A stretch of 32,335 nt of DNA from a virus (taxonomy: Duplodnaviria; Heunggongvirae; Uroviricota; Caudoviricetes). Location: the IMG/VR virus record IMGVR_UViG_3300044642_000188. The stretch is one strand, 5' to 3'. The notes under the pieces were generated by a model, which searched no databases, had not been told where the DNA came from, and saw nothing but the letters and a program-made list of their open reading frames with translations. A program made the translations under genes and the position numbers. Shown here one piece after another: positions 23,998-32,335 of this stretch. How positions within the stretch are numbered: position 1 is the first letter of the stretch; each line of letters begins with the position of its first letter.

Positions 23998-24873
23998 CTA
24001 TGCTTTCAGAGAAGCAATTATCTTGTCAACGTTAAAGATCTCATCTTCACTGTTGTAAGGAAACTCTAATAGGTTTCCTACTATGTCAAACTTCTGGAAG
24101 TATGCACTACGAAGTTCTGGTTTCTTTGTGTGTGGATTAGCTAAGATGTTATCATGTATATCATAACCAAACACTGTAGGAGTGTTAGCTATCCATAACA
24201 CTGTAGAAGGTTTGTTGAGTCCAGCTGCTGCGTGTTGTACAAAGCTGTCCATTAGTAATCTCTTTTCGCTTAGCTCTATTAATACAGCCAAAGCTCTAAA
24301 GTTATCTGTTATAGGTATTGTCCCAGCAAAAGCTGTTTGATCTTCTCTTCTTACATGGACAACATTGTAGTCTTTTACAAACTCCTCTATAACACTTGAT
24401 ACAACATTAGTTGGAATGTCTCTAGCCCATGAGTATTTCTGTTCTTGCTGAGGTCCACCACCATTTGTCTGTAATAACAAAATAGGTTTGTCAGATGCAA
24501 ACTTAGCACTAAAGAACTGACGCTCTCTATCTGTTAAGTATATTTGTGGGTTTACACTATCAGGAACAGGTAAACCAAATATTCTAGTCCATGTATAGCT
24601 AAGATGTTCATCCTGTCTAACATAGTTTGTATCTACATAAGGATCATGTGCAAGCACAATGAAGTCCTTATTCTCTATATAATCCTGATAGAAATAGGCA
24701 GTTTGACCAAAGGCAAATGATCTATGAACATAAGGATTGTTCATAAACACCTCAGGAAAACCACTAACTACAATCAATTGATCCTCAGGATATTGGTTAT
24801 GTAACACCTCACAAATAGATGTAGCAAGGATGCATTTACCAATACCTCCATTAATCTGGAAAATGATGTTCAT
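23998..24873 (-). CDS. GT9-like (heptosyltransferase-fold, GT-B) glycosyltransferase
   Basis: NGGIGKCIL at the N-terminus; LLLQTNGG; LLMDSFVQHAAAGLNKPSTVLW. Confidence 0.75.
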   Translation of the reverse strand: MNIIFQINGGIGKCILATSICEVLHNQYPEDQLIVVSGFPEVFMNNPYVHRSFAFGQTAYFYQDYIENKDFIVLAHDPYVDTNYVRQDEHLSYTWTRIFGLPVPDSVNPQIYLTDRERQFFSAKFASDKPILLLQTNGGGPQQEQKYSWARDIPTNVVSSVIEEFVKDYNVVHVRREDQTAFAGTIPITDNFRALAVLIELSEKRLLMDSFVQHAAAGLNKPSTVLWIANTPTVFGYDIHDNILANPHTKKPELRSAYFQKFDIVGNLLEFPYNSEDEIFNVDKIIASLKA

Positions 24874-24875
24874 AA

Positions 24876-25262
24876 TTATAACTCTTCGTCTACTTCTTCT
24901 TGAAAAGGAACACCAGTTACCCAGTCCTTTAAGAATAAAAATTGCTCTAATCCTTGTGGGTTAGTGATAGCAATCTTTTCAAACACAACCTCTTGATTAT
25001 CAAGCTCTTGTAATTGCTTGTTCAAGATTTTAATGTTCTGTTTGCTGAACCTGTAGTTACCCTTCTCATCTAGTAAGAGAATGTCCTTCTCATCTACAGA
25101 TGCATTATCAATCCTTAGCTCATTAGCCTTGTCTTGATACTCTTGAAGACTAGGTTTTAATTTGTCATAGATCTTAATAAGCTTCTTCTGCACCTTAGTT
25201 TCCTCATTAGTAATGACTGACTGTAAGATGCTGCTTAGCAATTTTAAATCTGAATACTTCAT
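24876..25262 (-). CDS. Hypothetical protein, 128 aa
   Basis: First gene after the predicted promoter; helical and charged. Confidence 0.75.
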   Translation of the reverse strand: MKYSDLKLLSSILQSVITNEETKVQKKLIKIYDKLKPSLQEYQDKANELRIDNASVDEKDILLLDEKGNYRFSKQNIKILNKQLQELDNQEVVFEKIAITNPQGLEQFLFLKDWVTGVPFQEEVDEEL

Positions 25263-25282
25263 AAAGTTGGTTGTTTTAGCGG

Positions 25283-25314
25283 CAAATATATGGTAATTCT
25301 TTTAAACCACCAAA
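25283..25314 (-). promoter_or_regulatory. Bacteroidota-type promoter for the GT9 / lysis unit
   Basis: Minus strand: TTTG (25314-25311), 20-nt spacer, TATATTTG (25290-25283), then CCGC. Confidence 0.75.
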
Positions 25315-25329
25315 TTTTTGTTATGTGAA

Positions 25330-25662
25330 TTAAGGAGCTGTAGGTGGAACATATTCACCTGTAATAGTCAACTTAAGTTGTGCTGCTGCCCAATTGTATG
25401 CCCATTCATTAGCATCTGTAGCAGCATCCCAATCTAGGTAGTCTTGCCCTGAAATACTTAATGAACTATTTACCAATGTATTAAACATAGGATAAGCAGG
25501 TCCAGGTGTTGGAGGTGTTGGAGTTTCAACAACCTCATTTAATTGATATTGAAATGTAGCATTTGTAGATAAGTTATCATAATTAGATGTTAACACAAAT
25601 ACTGTTGCTTGTTTCTCTTCGCCATTTTGCCAAGAAGTAACTGATTGAATTGTTTTTGCCAT
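25330..25662 (-). CDS. Tail-fibre-associated small protein, 110 aa
   Basis: Downstream of the tail fibre; ATFQYQL...DYLDW...AYNWAA pattern; TPTPPTPGP insert. Confidence 0.7.
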   Translation of the reverse strand: MAKTIQSVTSWQNGEEKQATVFVLTSNYDNLSTNATFQYQLNEVVETPTPPTPGPAYPMFNTLVNSSLSISGQDYLDWDAATDANEWAYNWAAAQLKLTITGEYVPPTAP

Positions 25663-25711
25663 TTTATTTTATTTTATTTTGTAAAGTTAATGTTTTTTTT
25701 TTTATTAATAT

Positions 25712-26170
25712 TTAACAACCTACTACATTAACAATAAAGCCACCATTGTCCACCTGATAACTAGCTGAACCAGGTCCTTGAGAAAACCATTGAAAACCTC
25801 CTACCACAGGGGTTATATTACAATCATAAGCTACCCATAATCTCGTAGGAGAAATAGCACTGTCAGTATCATATAACGTGTAACTTCCAAAGTGGTCACA
25901 TGGACTAGAATTATAAGGATATAGATATATTTGTTGACATGCTGGTGCTGCAGCTTGTAGATCTGATTTTACAACCAATTGATTGGAAGCTTTAGCAGCA
26001 TAAGGTCCATAAGATGTATTAATGTTTACATAATAGTCAGCATCAGCTTTGGTTATCTGTTCTGAACTTGCAGGTATGCTATTCTTTAATGTAAATACCC
26101 CTGTGTTTACAGCATTCTGTAAATTGTTAAATGATACACATTGATTATTTGCAAGTGATGCCCAACTCAT
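25712..26170 (-). CDS. Tail-associated structural protein, 152 aa
   Basis: TAATG-coupled to the tail fibre; conserved-looking N-terminal half and a Cys/Tyr/Gly-rich C-terminal domain. Confidence 0.7.
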   Translation of the reverse strand: MSWASLANNQCVSFNNLQNAVNTGVFTLKNSIPASSEQITKADADYYVNINTSYGPYAAKASNQLVVKSDLQAAAPACQQIYLYPYNSSPCDHFGSYTLYDTDSAISPTRLWVAYDCNITPVVGGFQWFSQGPGSASYQVDNGGFIVNVVGC

Positions 26171-29100
26171 TATGCTTCGTATTTTTGAAGTTTAACCTCT
26201 AATTCAGCAACTCTTCTTTTAAGAACATCAACTTCATCCTCAATATATGCAATCTTTGCTGTGTGAACTTCACGATACACAAGGCTGTACATGTTATCTA
26301 CATTGTCATTATTCACTGCATATGGCATAATCTCCAAGAAGTCTTGAGCAATATATCCAAACTCAGTCTTGCCATCTTTCTTATATAACTTAGGCTTGAT
26401 TAACTGAATGTCCTTTACACGAGAGTTATCTTCAAGTATTGTCTTTACACGAGCATCTGAAGTTTCGTAGTAAGCTGATGCGTATGCAGTACCGTGAACA
26501 TATATACCCCCTGTATTATAATCATTATTATTCACTGACATTACAAGACTTGACATATCATAGTCAGTATAAAAGTTCATCCCCTTATAATTAGCATTTG
26601 CTCCAAACTTAATACCTGTATGGAAAGCAATTCTTAAATCTGGATAAGGAAAAGACCAAGATCCAGCTTCTCTATAAATAGCATAGGCTGCTGAAGCACT
26701 ACTATCCCAATAAACTCCAAACCCATCATCATCTGAAACTGATCCACTATTTCGTAAAGTGCCAGCTAAATATACCGTGCTTAATACTGATGAGCCATTT
26801 GGATCTAGGTAATAATTTGTATCGTTAGAATCATAGAATATTGGAGCTCTGAAAGAATAAGGAGAATAAGTGTAACCACCATTTGAAGATCCATAAACAT
26901 ATAAAACACCAACTGATCCACCAACACTTGTTATTCTAAATCCTGTACCCTCATATGCATTTAACTCTTCCCAATCATCTGCTGCGTTCCATAAGTAGTG
27001 ATTGAGGTCACCATTAGTTCTTAGAAATAATCTTTGGTCATTCATGCCTGTATTACCAATCCAGTTACCATTCACAGGTAGAGCATATGAACTATAGTTA
27101 CCTGAATGTAGAACATCTACATAAGAAGAATATGGAGAAGTAGATCCAAAGGACTGCTGCCATATTCTCATCCCAAATCCACTCTTAAGGAATGTCACAA
27201 GATTATCACTTCCTCCTGACCCATCACTATATGAACGAAGATGTAAGTAGTCAGCGTATGGAGCACTATTATTATTAGCCCACGATGTAAAACCAAATCC
27301 CATTCTATAGGATGTCATAGTTGAAGGAGAGATAGTTCTTACATCCCAAGTTTGAATAGCACCACCTGATGTACCATTTACAAGATAAGCAACGTTTGCT
27401 TGGTTCACACTTCCTGCACTAGTTGCATAAGATACAGACTGAGAACCTATGTTACCTGAGTGAATCATTTCTACCCAAGCATTTAAAGTAGCCCACCCAT
27501 TTCTCCAAAAATATCTATTTACGGCTTCTCCAGCACAAGTCATTTGAAATCCATAGCCATTAACATTATTTTGATGATTATAATGCATTGCATTAAATCC
27601 TACATAGTGAGAAGAACCACCGGGAGCATTACCCGGACTACTCCATGTATCAAAAAATCCAGAACCCCAATTAGAAAAAATTACATTGAAATCAGTTGTA
27701 GCCCAACCCATAGTACCATTTTGATACGGAGCCCCTTGACCTGATCTAGTAACAAATGGAGAGTTAATGCTAAGATAGTTAATAGCATTTCTTGTCATAG
27801 AGGCTGATGTAAATCTATATAGATTAGATTCACTATTAGGATCTACATAGTAAGCTGTATCATTTGAATCATAAAAGATTGGAGCTCTAAAATCTCCAAC
27901 CGAGGCAGCGGTACCAGCACTATTTACTGTGAACTTCCAATCACCAGCTACATATACTCCCCAAACTGTAGAGGATTGAGCTCCCATAAATTGATCAGAT
28001 CCACCTCCATATGATAACCATACACCTGGCGATCCAGTATTAATGTATGGGAAGGAGCCATTACCAATTCCAATTCTGTTTAGAAACTGAACTTGATTTA
28101 GCCTAGATGTGCTATTAGGATCTAAATAATATCCTGTATCTTGAGAGTCATAGTAGATTGGAGCACGCATTTGGTTATTAACTTCTACATATCCACCACC
28201 ACCATTAACAAATAGTTGAGTGTAACTAAAGCTGCCATTATGAGCCTGTAATCTAATAACTCTGGTGGCTGCACTGTTACCCGTATTTTCCATATAGGTG
28301 CCAGTACCGTCATTCCAAATCACTGAATTGACAGTAGTACCTATCGTTAGAGGTCCTGTTAATGTACCACCTGCTAATGGTAAATATGCAGGTGCAAGTG
28401 TAGCACTGTCAGCCACTCTAGCACTATCTACTCTTACACCATATGTACTAGTTCCATTCCAGCCCATTAGTGTTGGATAAGTTGCACTCCAAGCAGCTGT
28501 TGAATTAGTATTACTACAACCACCTCCGCTTGGATTTACAGATGCTGATGCATCAAATATAACGTGGTTATTACCATAGTTTTTCCATGATAATAAACCA
28601 ACTACGTTATTAATAACAGTGCTATCATTCCAGTTTGATTGAGCTCTTGAAGCTACGTTACCTGTTGCAGTTATGCTCCATGTACCACTAGCTCCACTTC
28701 CTGTAAGAGAAGGGGAGTAAGCTGTATAGTTTGCATCATTAAGTAAAACCCTCCACGTATTAAATGTACCTGCATCTCCATTTCTAGTTCTAAATGCAAT
28801 ACCTGTTCCACCACCACTATATGCAGCATTAAATTGTAATGAATAATTTGAATCACCAATTCTTTCAATAGGACCTGTATATGGTGCATTTACAGAATAT
28901 GTAAATCCACTTGCATTGGTATCCATTGTATTAGCATCAAGTGTGAATCCTTGATAATAATATATATTAGACGGCTTACCTGTAATTGCTGCCCAAGCAA
29001 CTGAACTAGCACTTCCTGCGGATCCTGTAATGTTTATTCCCCATGTACCTGAAGCACCACCACCTGTTAGTGTTGGCGAATATGAATTATAATTTGAACT

Positions 29101-32100
29101 TGTAAGATAGTTTTGCCATACACCCCATCCTGAAGCATAAGGAGATGTTCTATACCAACTACCTCCACTTGCATCAAAATAAACTTGTGTATCAACATGA
29201 CTACCAAGACTATAATACTGCATAACAGTACCATAATCTGAACCAAGCCCTGTACCATTAAAATAATTGTTCCACATCTTAATAGACATGGGATTCATAG
29301 TAGTCCTTGGTGCTGCAGAAGGATTGAAATTTGTTGATTCGTAACTTAATTGAAAAACAGAAAAAGTATTTAAAACACTACCATTTAATTGTGCTGGTGT
29401 GTATCCTAGAGCTGAACATACGTTAGCTCCTGTTAAGTTTAAACAGATGTTACCACTTGTTGTTACAGGAGAATTACAAACGTTTATATTTGTAGCTACC
29501 ACTCCTACAGATGTAACTGTACCTGTACATGTTGTGTAACCATTTGGATTGGTTGCATTGTAAGGTGTATATCCTAATGCTGAGCAAACATTTGCTCCAG
29601 ATAAGGAAATAGCTAATGTGCCAGATGTTGTGATTGGGCTACCTGTTACAGAGATGTTAGTTCCTGTAGCAGCTACGCAAGTCACTGTACCTGTACAGCT
29701 AGTTCTACTATTAAAACTGTTCCAGTCTGCAGCAGTTAATAAACCTGTGCAAGTAGATGAAGCAGTGGCAATGTTTAATGATAAATTTCCTGAAGATGTA
29801 ATAGGAGAACCTCCTATTGATACACCAGTAGTTGAAGATGTAAGACCTACACTAGTTACAGTACCTGTACAACTAGTGTGACTGTTGAATGTATTCCAAT
29901 CAGCAGCAGTAAGTAAACCTGTACATGCTGTTGAAGCAGTGGAGATATTAATACCAAGTGTACCACTTGATGTAATAGGACTACCAGATAGAAGCACACC
30001 AGTAGTAGATGTAGAGGTTGCAATGTTTGTTACAGTTCCTGTACAAGTTGTATAACCTGCAGGGTTTGTAGCGTTATATGGAGTGTAACCTAAAGCATTA
30101 CATACATTAGCACCACTAAGTGATAATCCAATAGTACCAGCTGATGTAATAGGGCTTCCAGTTACACCAATGTTTGTACCACTAACAGCAACACATGTCA
30201 CTGTTCCTGTGAAACTATCAGAAGATGTAATAGTGAAGTTAGGATAGGTTCCTGTAATAGAGGTTGTTCCACCTCCAGTTAGAGAAACTATTTGATCAGG
30301 ACAAGAGTTTGTTATTTGTCCTGTAGTTGGATTATATGCAACACCAGAGCTTGCACAGATTGCACTTCTAGCTCTACTATCAGTGAAGTAGAGATTAGTA
30401 CCCTCTGTAACAACAGATGTATCTAATGTTTGGAAAGTTTTATCCCCTCTGTAATATTGACTTATTGTACCAGCAGCAATCAGTGGTTGTTTATCATTGA
30501 ATGTAGTCCAATCTGTAGCACTTAAATAACCATCTGTTGTAGTGTTAGATTGTGTAATACCAAATACACCAGTGGTAGAACAATATGTTAAAGGGGCTGT
30601 ATGACCTATAGCAGCTCTCACCCTTGCATCTGTATAATATAAGTTGCCACACTCAGTAACTTGACAAGATAAGTAGTCACCAGTGGTAGCTACAACAGCA
30701 CCAAATCTACCAAACACACTAGTTACACCATCACTATTATCTATCTTAACCCATCCTGTAGCAGATTTAACTGCTAAGTCACCAACCTGCCAGTCAGTAA
30801 TACCACCAAGGTTTGTTGTCCCAGCTACAGAAACTCTCCAAGCCCAACCTGTTGTGGTTGTTCCAGATATATCAGGAGTGTTAGTAGCAGCATCCCAATC
30901 GCCTTGTAATATAATACCACCAGCTGTTGCACTATCAACGTAAGTCTTAACAGCTAGTTGTGTAGGATAGAGTGTGTTTGATACACCTAGAGATGTACAT
31001 GTAGATTTGTTTGCTACATCTTCAGGACTATATCCTAATGTAGAACAAATATCTCCAGCAGTTGTAGGGTTTGCACTTGTAATTAAACCCTTACCATTTA
31101 CAGCAATGTTTAATAAAGTCTCAGATGTGTATACATCATTGTTAACTGTGGCTAATGTAAGACTGGTACAAGTTCCTGTAGAACCTGTTCCTGTTACATC
31201 ACCAATAAATTCTAATGATCCAGATATATTACTTGTAGTGACACAGGTTACTAACCCTTTATTATTAACTGTTATTACAGGAACTTGTGTAGAGCTACCA
31301 AATGTACCTGTTGTGGCATTCACTGTAGCAAGAGTTAAGCCTGCAGATCCAGGACCTGAAGCTGTACCATCACCAGTGAGATCTGTAATATAATTACCTG
31401 CTGGTTGTTTACCATTAAACGTATTCCAGTCAGTTGAACTTAAATAACCATCGCTACCAGCACCTGCTTGTGTAATACCAACTGAACCACTGCCAGTGAT
31501 TGTACCACCTGTTAAAGGAGCAGAAGCTGTAATGCTTGTAACAGTTCCTACAGACCAACATCTGTCAGCTGTAAGATCATAGTTTACACCATTGATACCT
31601 AATTGTCTAGTGTCTGGAACAGGTGTATATCCTAAAGCATTTTGTTTATTATTAAATGTATTCCAATCTGTGGTAGACAAGTAACCATCTGTAGATGCAT
31701 TAGCTTGACTAATAGATATTGTAGGAGTGAGTCCTCCTGTTGTAGCAAGAGGAGCAGATACAGATATACTAGAAATGTATGATAGAGAAGGAATGTCTGC
31801 AGCTACTAGAGCTCTATATGTAGGAGTTCCTGCTCCACCATCAGGACCAGCAAACACTGTGTTAGCTGCTGCATTAGCTAATGCAAAACTTAAAGCAGGG
31901 GTTGTTGTAGGAGTTGCTACAGATGTAGTGAATAATGGAACTAAGTTACCAGAACTAAAGCTTGTTACCTTTTCTGGAAGATCTGGATAATCGTTAGTAA
32001 TTGTAAAGTTTGGATATGATCCAGATATGCTGATACCATAACCAGCATTTAGTGTAACGGTTTGGTCAGGAGCAGTGTTAACTATATTTATAACTGGAAT

Positions 32101-32334
32101 AGTGTTAGGATTGCTTACAGAAGCAGAAATACCTAGACCAGCAGTAACACCTACGGTTGTAACTGTACCTACAGACCAGCTTCTATTAGATGTTAAATCA
32201 TGAGCTACACCATTGATTGTCAATTCAATAGCATCATCTACAGGTACATATCCTAGAGTTGTAGTGATATCACCACCGCTCACTGGAGTGGCTGATGTTA
32301 TAAGTCCTTTACCGTTTACAGCAAACTTAAGGAA
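26170..32334 (-). CDS. Long tail fibre / receptor-binding protein with a C-terminal intramolecular chaperone (peptidase S74); 5'-truncated, >2050 aa
   Basis: Frame is open to the window edge (...FLKFAVNGKGLITSATPV). GTVTSV, ALGYTP and DWNTFN shaft repeats; C-terminal TSDARVK...GYIAQD...VY plus coiled coil. Confidence 0.92.
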   Translation of the reverse strand, partial: FLKFAVNGKGLITSATPVSGGDITTTLGYVPVDDAIELTINGVAHDLTSNRSWSVGTVTTVGVTAGLGISASVSNPNTIPVINIVNTAPDQTVTLNAGYGISISGSYPNFTITNDYPDLPEKVTSFSSGNLVPLFTTSVATPTTTPALSFALANAAANTVFAGPDGGAGTPTYRALVAADIPSLSYISSISVSAPLATTGGLTPTISISQANASTDGYLSTTDWNTFNNKQNALGYTPVPDTRQLGINGVNYDLTADRCWSVGTVTSITASAPLTGGTITGSGSVGITQAGAGSDGYLSSTDWNTFNGKQPAGNYITDLTGDGTASGPGSAGLTLATVNATTGTFGSSTQVPVITVNNKGLVTCVTTSNISGSLEFIGDVTGTGSTGTCTSLTLATVNNDVYTSETLLNIAVNGKGLITSANPTTAGDICSTLGYSPEDVANKSTCTSLGVSNTLYPTQLAVKTYVDSATAGGIILQGDWDAATNTPDISGTTTTGWAWRVSVAGTTNLGGITDWQVGDLAVKSATGWVKIDNSDGVTSVFGRFGAVVATTGDYLSCQVTECGNLYYTDARVRAAIGHTAPLTYCSTTGVFGITQSNTTTDGYLSATDWTTFNDKQPLIAAGTISQYYRGDKTFQTLDTSVVTEGTNLYFTDSRARSAICASSGVAYNPTTGQITNSCPDQIVSLTGGGTTSITGTYPNFTITSSDSFTGTVTCVAVSGTNIGVTGSPITSAGTIGLSLSGANVCNALGYTPYNATNPAGYTTCTGTVTNIATSTSTTGVLLSGSPITSSGTLGINISTASTACTGLLTAADWNTFNSHTSCTGTVTSVGLTSSTTGVSIGGSPITSSGNLSLNIATASSTCTGLLTAADWNSFNSRTSCTGTVTCVAATGTNISVTGSPITTSGTLAISLSGANVCSALGYTPYNATNPNGYTTCTGTVTSVGVVATNINVCNSPVTTSGNICLNLTGANVCSALGYTPAQLNGSVLNTFSVFQLSYESTNFNPSAAPRTTMNPMSIKMWNNYFNGTGLGSDYGTVMQYYSLGSHVDTQVYFDASGGSWYRTSPYASGWGVWQNYLTSSNYNSYSPTLTGGGASGTWGINITGSAGSASSVAWAAITGKPSNIYYYQGFTLDANTMDTNASGFTYSVNAPYTGPIERIGDSNYSLQFNAAYSGGGTGIAFRTRNGDAGTFNTWRVLLNDANYTAYSPSLTGSGASGTWSITATGNVASRAQSNWNDSTVINNVVGLLSWKNYGNNHVIFDASASVNPSGGGCSNTNSTAAWSATYPTLMGWNGTSTYGVRVDSARVADSATLAPAYLPLAGGTLTGPLTIGTTVNSVIWNDGTGTYMENTGNSAATRVIRLQAHNGSFSYTQLFVNGGGGYVEVNNQMRAPIYYDSQDTGYYLDPNSTSRLNQVQFLNRIGIGNGSFPYINTGSPGVWLSYGGGSDQFMGAQSSTVWGVYVAGDWKFTVNSAGTAASVGDFRAPIFYDSNDTAYYVDPNSESNLYRFTSASMTRNAINYLSINSPFVTRSGQGAPYQNGTMGWATTDFNVIFSNWGSGFFDTWSSPGNAPGGSSHYVGFNAMHYNHQNNVNGYGFQMTCAGEAVNRYFWRNGWATLNAWVEMIHSGNIGSQSVSYATSAGSVNQANVAYLVNGTSGGAIQTWDVRTISPSTMTSYRMGFGFTSWANNNSAPYADYLHLRSYSDGSGGSDNLVTFLKSGFGMRIWQQSFGSTSPYSSYVDVLHSGNYSSYALPVNGNWIGNTGMNDQRLFLRTNGDLNHYLWNAADDWEELNAYEGTGFRITSVGGSVGVLYVYGSSNGGYTYSPYSFRAPIFYDSNDTNYYLDPNGSSVLSTVYLAGTLRNSGSVSDDDGFGVYWDSSASAAYAIYREAGSWSFPYPDLRIAFHTGIKFGANANYKGMNFYTDYDMSSLVMSVNNNDYNTGGIYVHGTAYASAYYETSDARVKTILEDNSRVKDIQLIKPKLYKKDGKTEFGYIAQDFLEIMPYAVNNDNVDNMYSLVYREVHTAKIAYIEDEVDVLKRRVAELEVKLQKYEA
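26795..28168 (-). repeat. Three RAPI[FY]YDSxDTxYY[LV]DPN repeats in the distal fibre
   Basis: Copies at ~28111-28168, ~27832-27888 and ~26795-26850. Confidence 0.85.
29380..30130 (-). repeat. Tandem protein-level repeats in the fibre shaft
   Basis: ANVC[NS]ALGYTP x3, YNATNPxGYTTCTGTVT x2, CTGLLTAADWN[TS]FNSxTSCTGTVT x2. Confidence 0.85.
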
Positions 32335-32335
32335 G

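Noticed and set aside
27544-31990. Plus-strand ORFs inside the tail fibre (27544, 28298, 29618, 30683, 30974, 31727) and alternative-frame ORFs at 28671 and 29067
   Set aside because: Explained by low stop-codon frequency opposite Thr/Gly/Val-rich codons.
26170-32334. Diversity-generating retroelement targeting the fibre
   Set aside because: No reverse transcriptase and no TR/VR pair differing only at adenines seen; the C-terminus is an S74 chaperone.
1-32335. Stop-codon reassignment
   Set aside because: Genes run full length in code 11; TAG (4156, 19726) and TGA (1739, 7785) act as real stops.
1-32335. tRNA, rRNA, integrase or transposase genes
   Set aside because: None recognised; intergenic gaps are short and lack cloverleaf-like sequence.

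Overview
The window is a 32.3-kb, AT-rich fragment of a tailed dsDNA phage genome, most likely infecting Bacteroidota: it has TTTG-N19/20-TAnnTTTG promoters and A-rich leaders without Shine-Dalgarno sequences. Two arms converge on a bidirectional terminator at ~9352-9382. The + arm (1-9349) is replication and nucleotide metabolism: PD-(D/E)XK nuclease, MazG-like protein, monomeric class II RNR, RecA, dUTPase, HNH-like protein, HEXXH protein, GroES and three glycosyltransferases. The - arm (32335-9384) is late/structural. It holds a >2050-aa tail fibre with an S74 chaperone, a GT9-like enzyme and a membrane-protein-rich lysis cassette with a GH19 endolysin, then two apparent transcription units. 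Unit 1 (20667-12543) interleaves modular Thr-rich or collagen surface-type proteins with an enzyme resembling plant HPAT/SERGT peptide O-glycosyltransferases, two GT32 enzymes and a methyltransferase. This is the best candidate for an undescribed system: a self-contained virion O-glycosylation operon. Unit 2 (12484-9384) is a run of small, very basic proteins built from KKAQxG / KxGGK-delimited modules. Six small genes missed by the ORF track are added. Family names come from motif recognition from memory; no database search was run.
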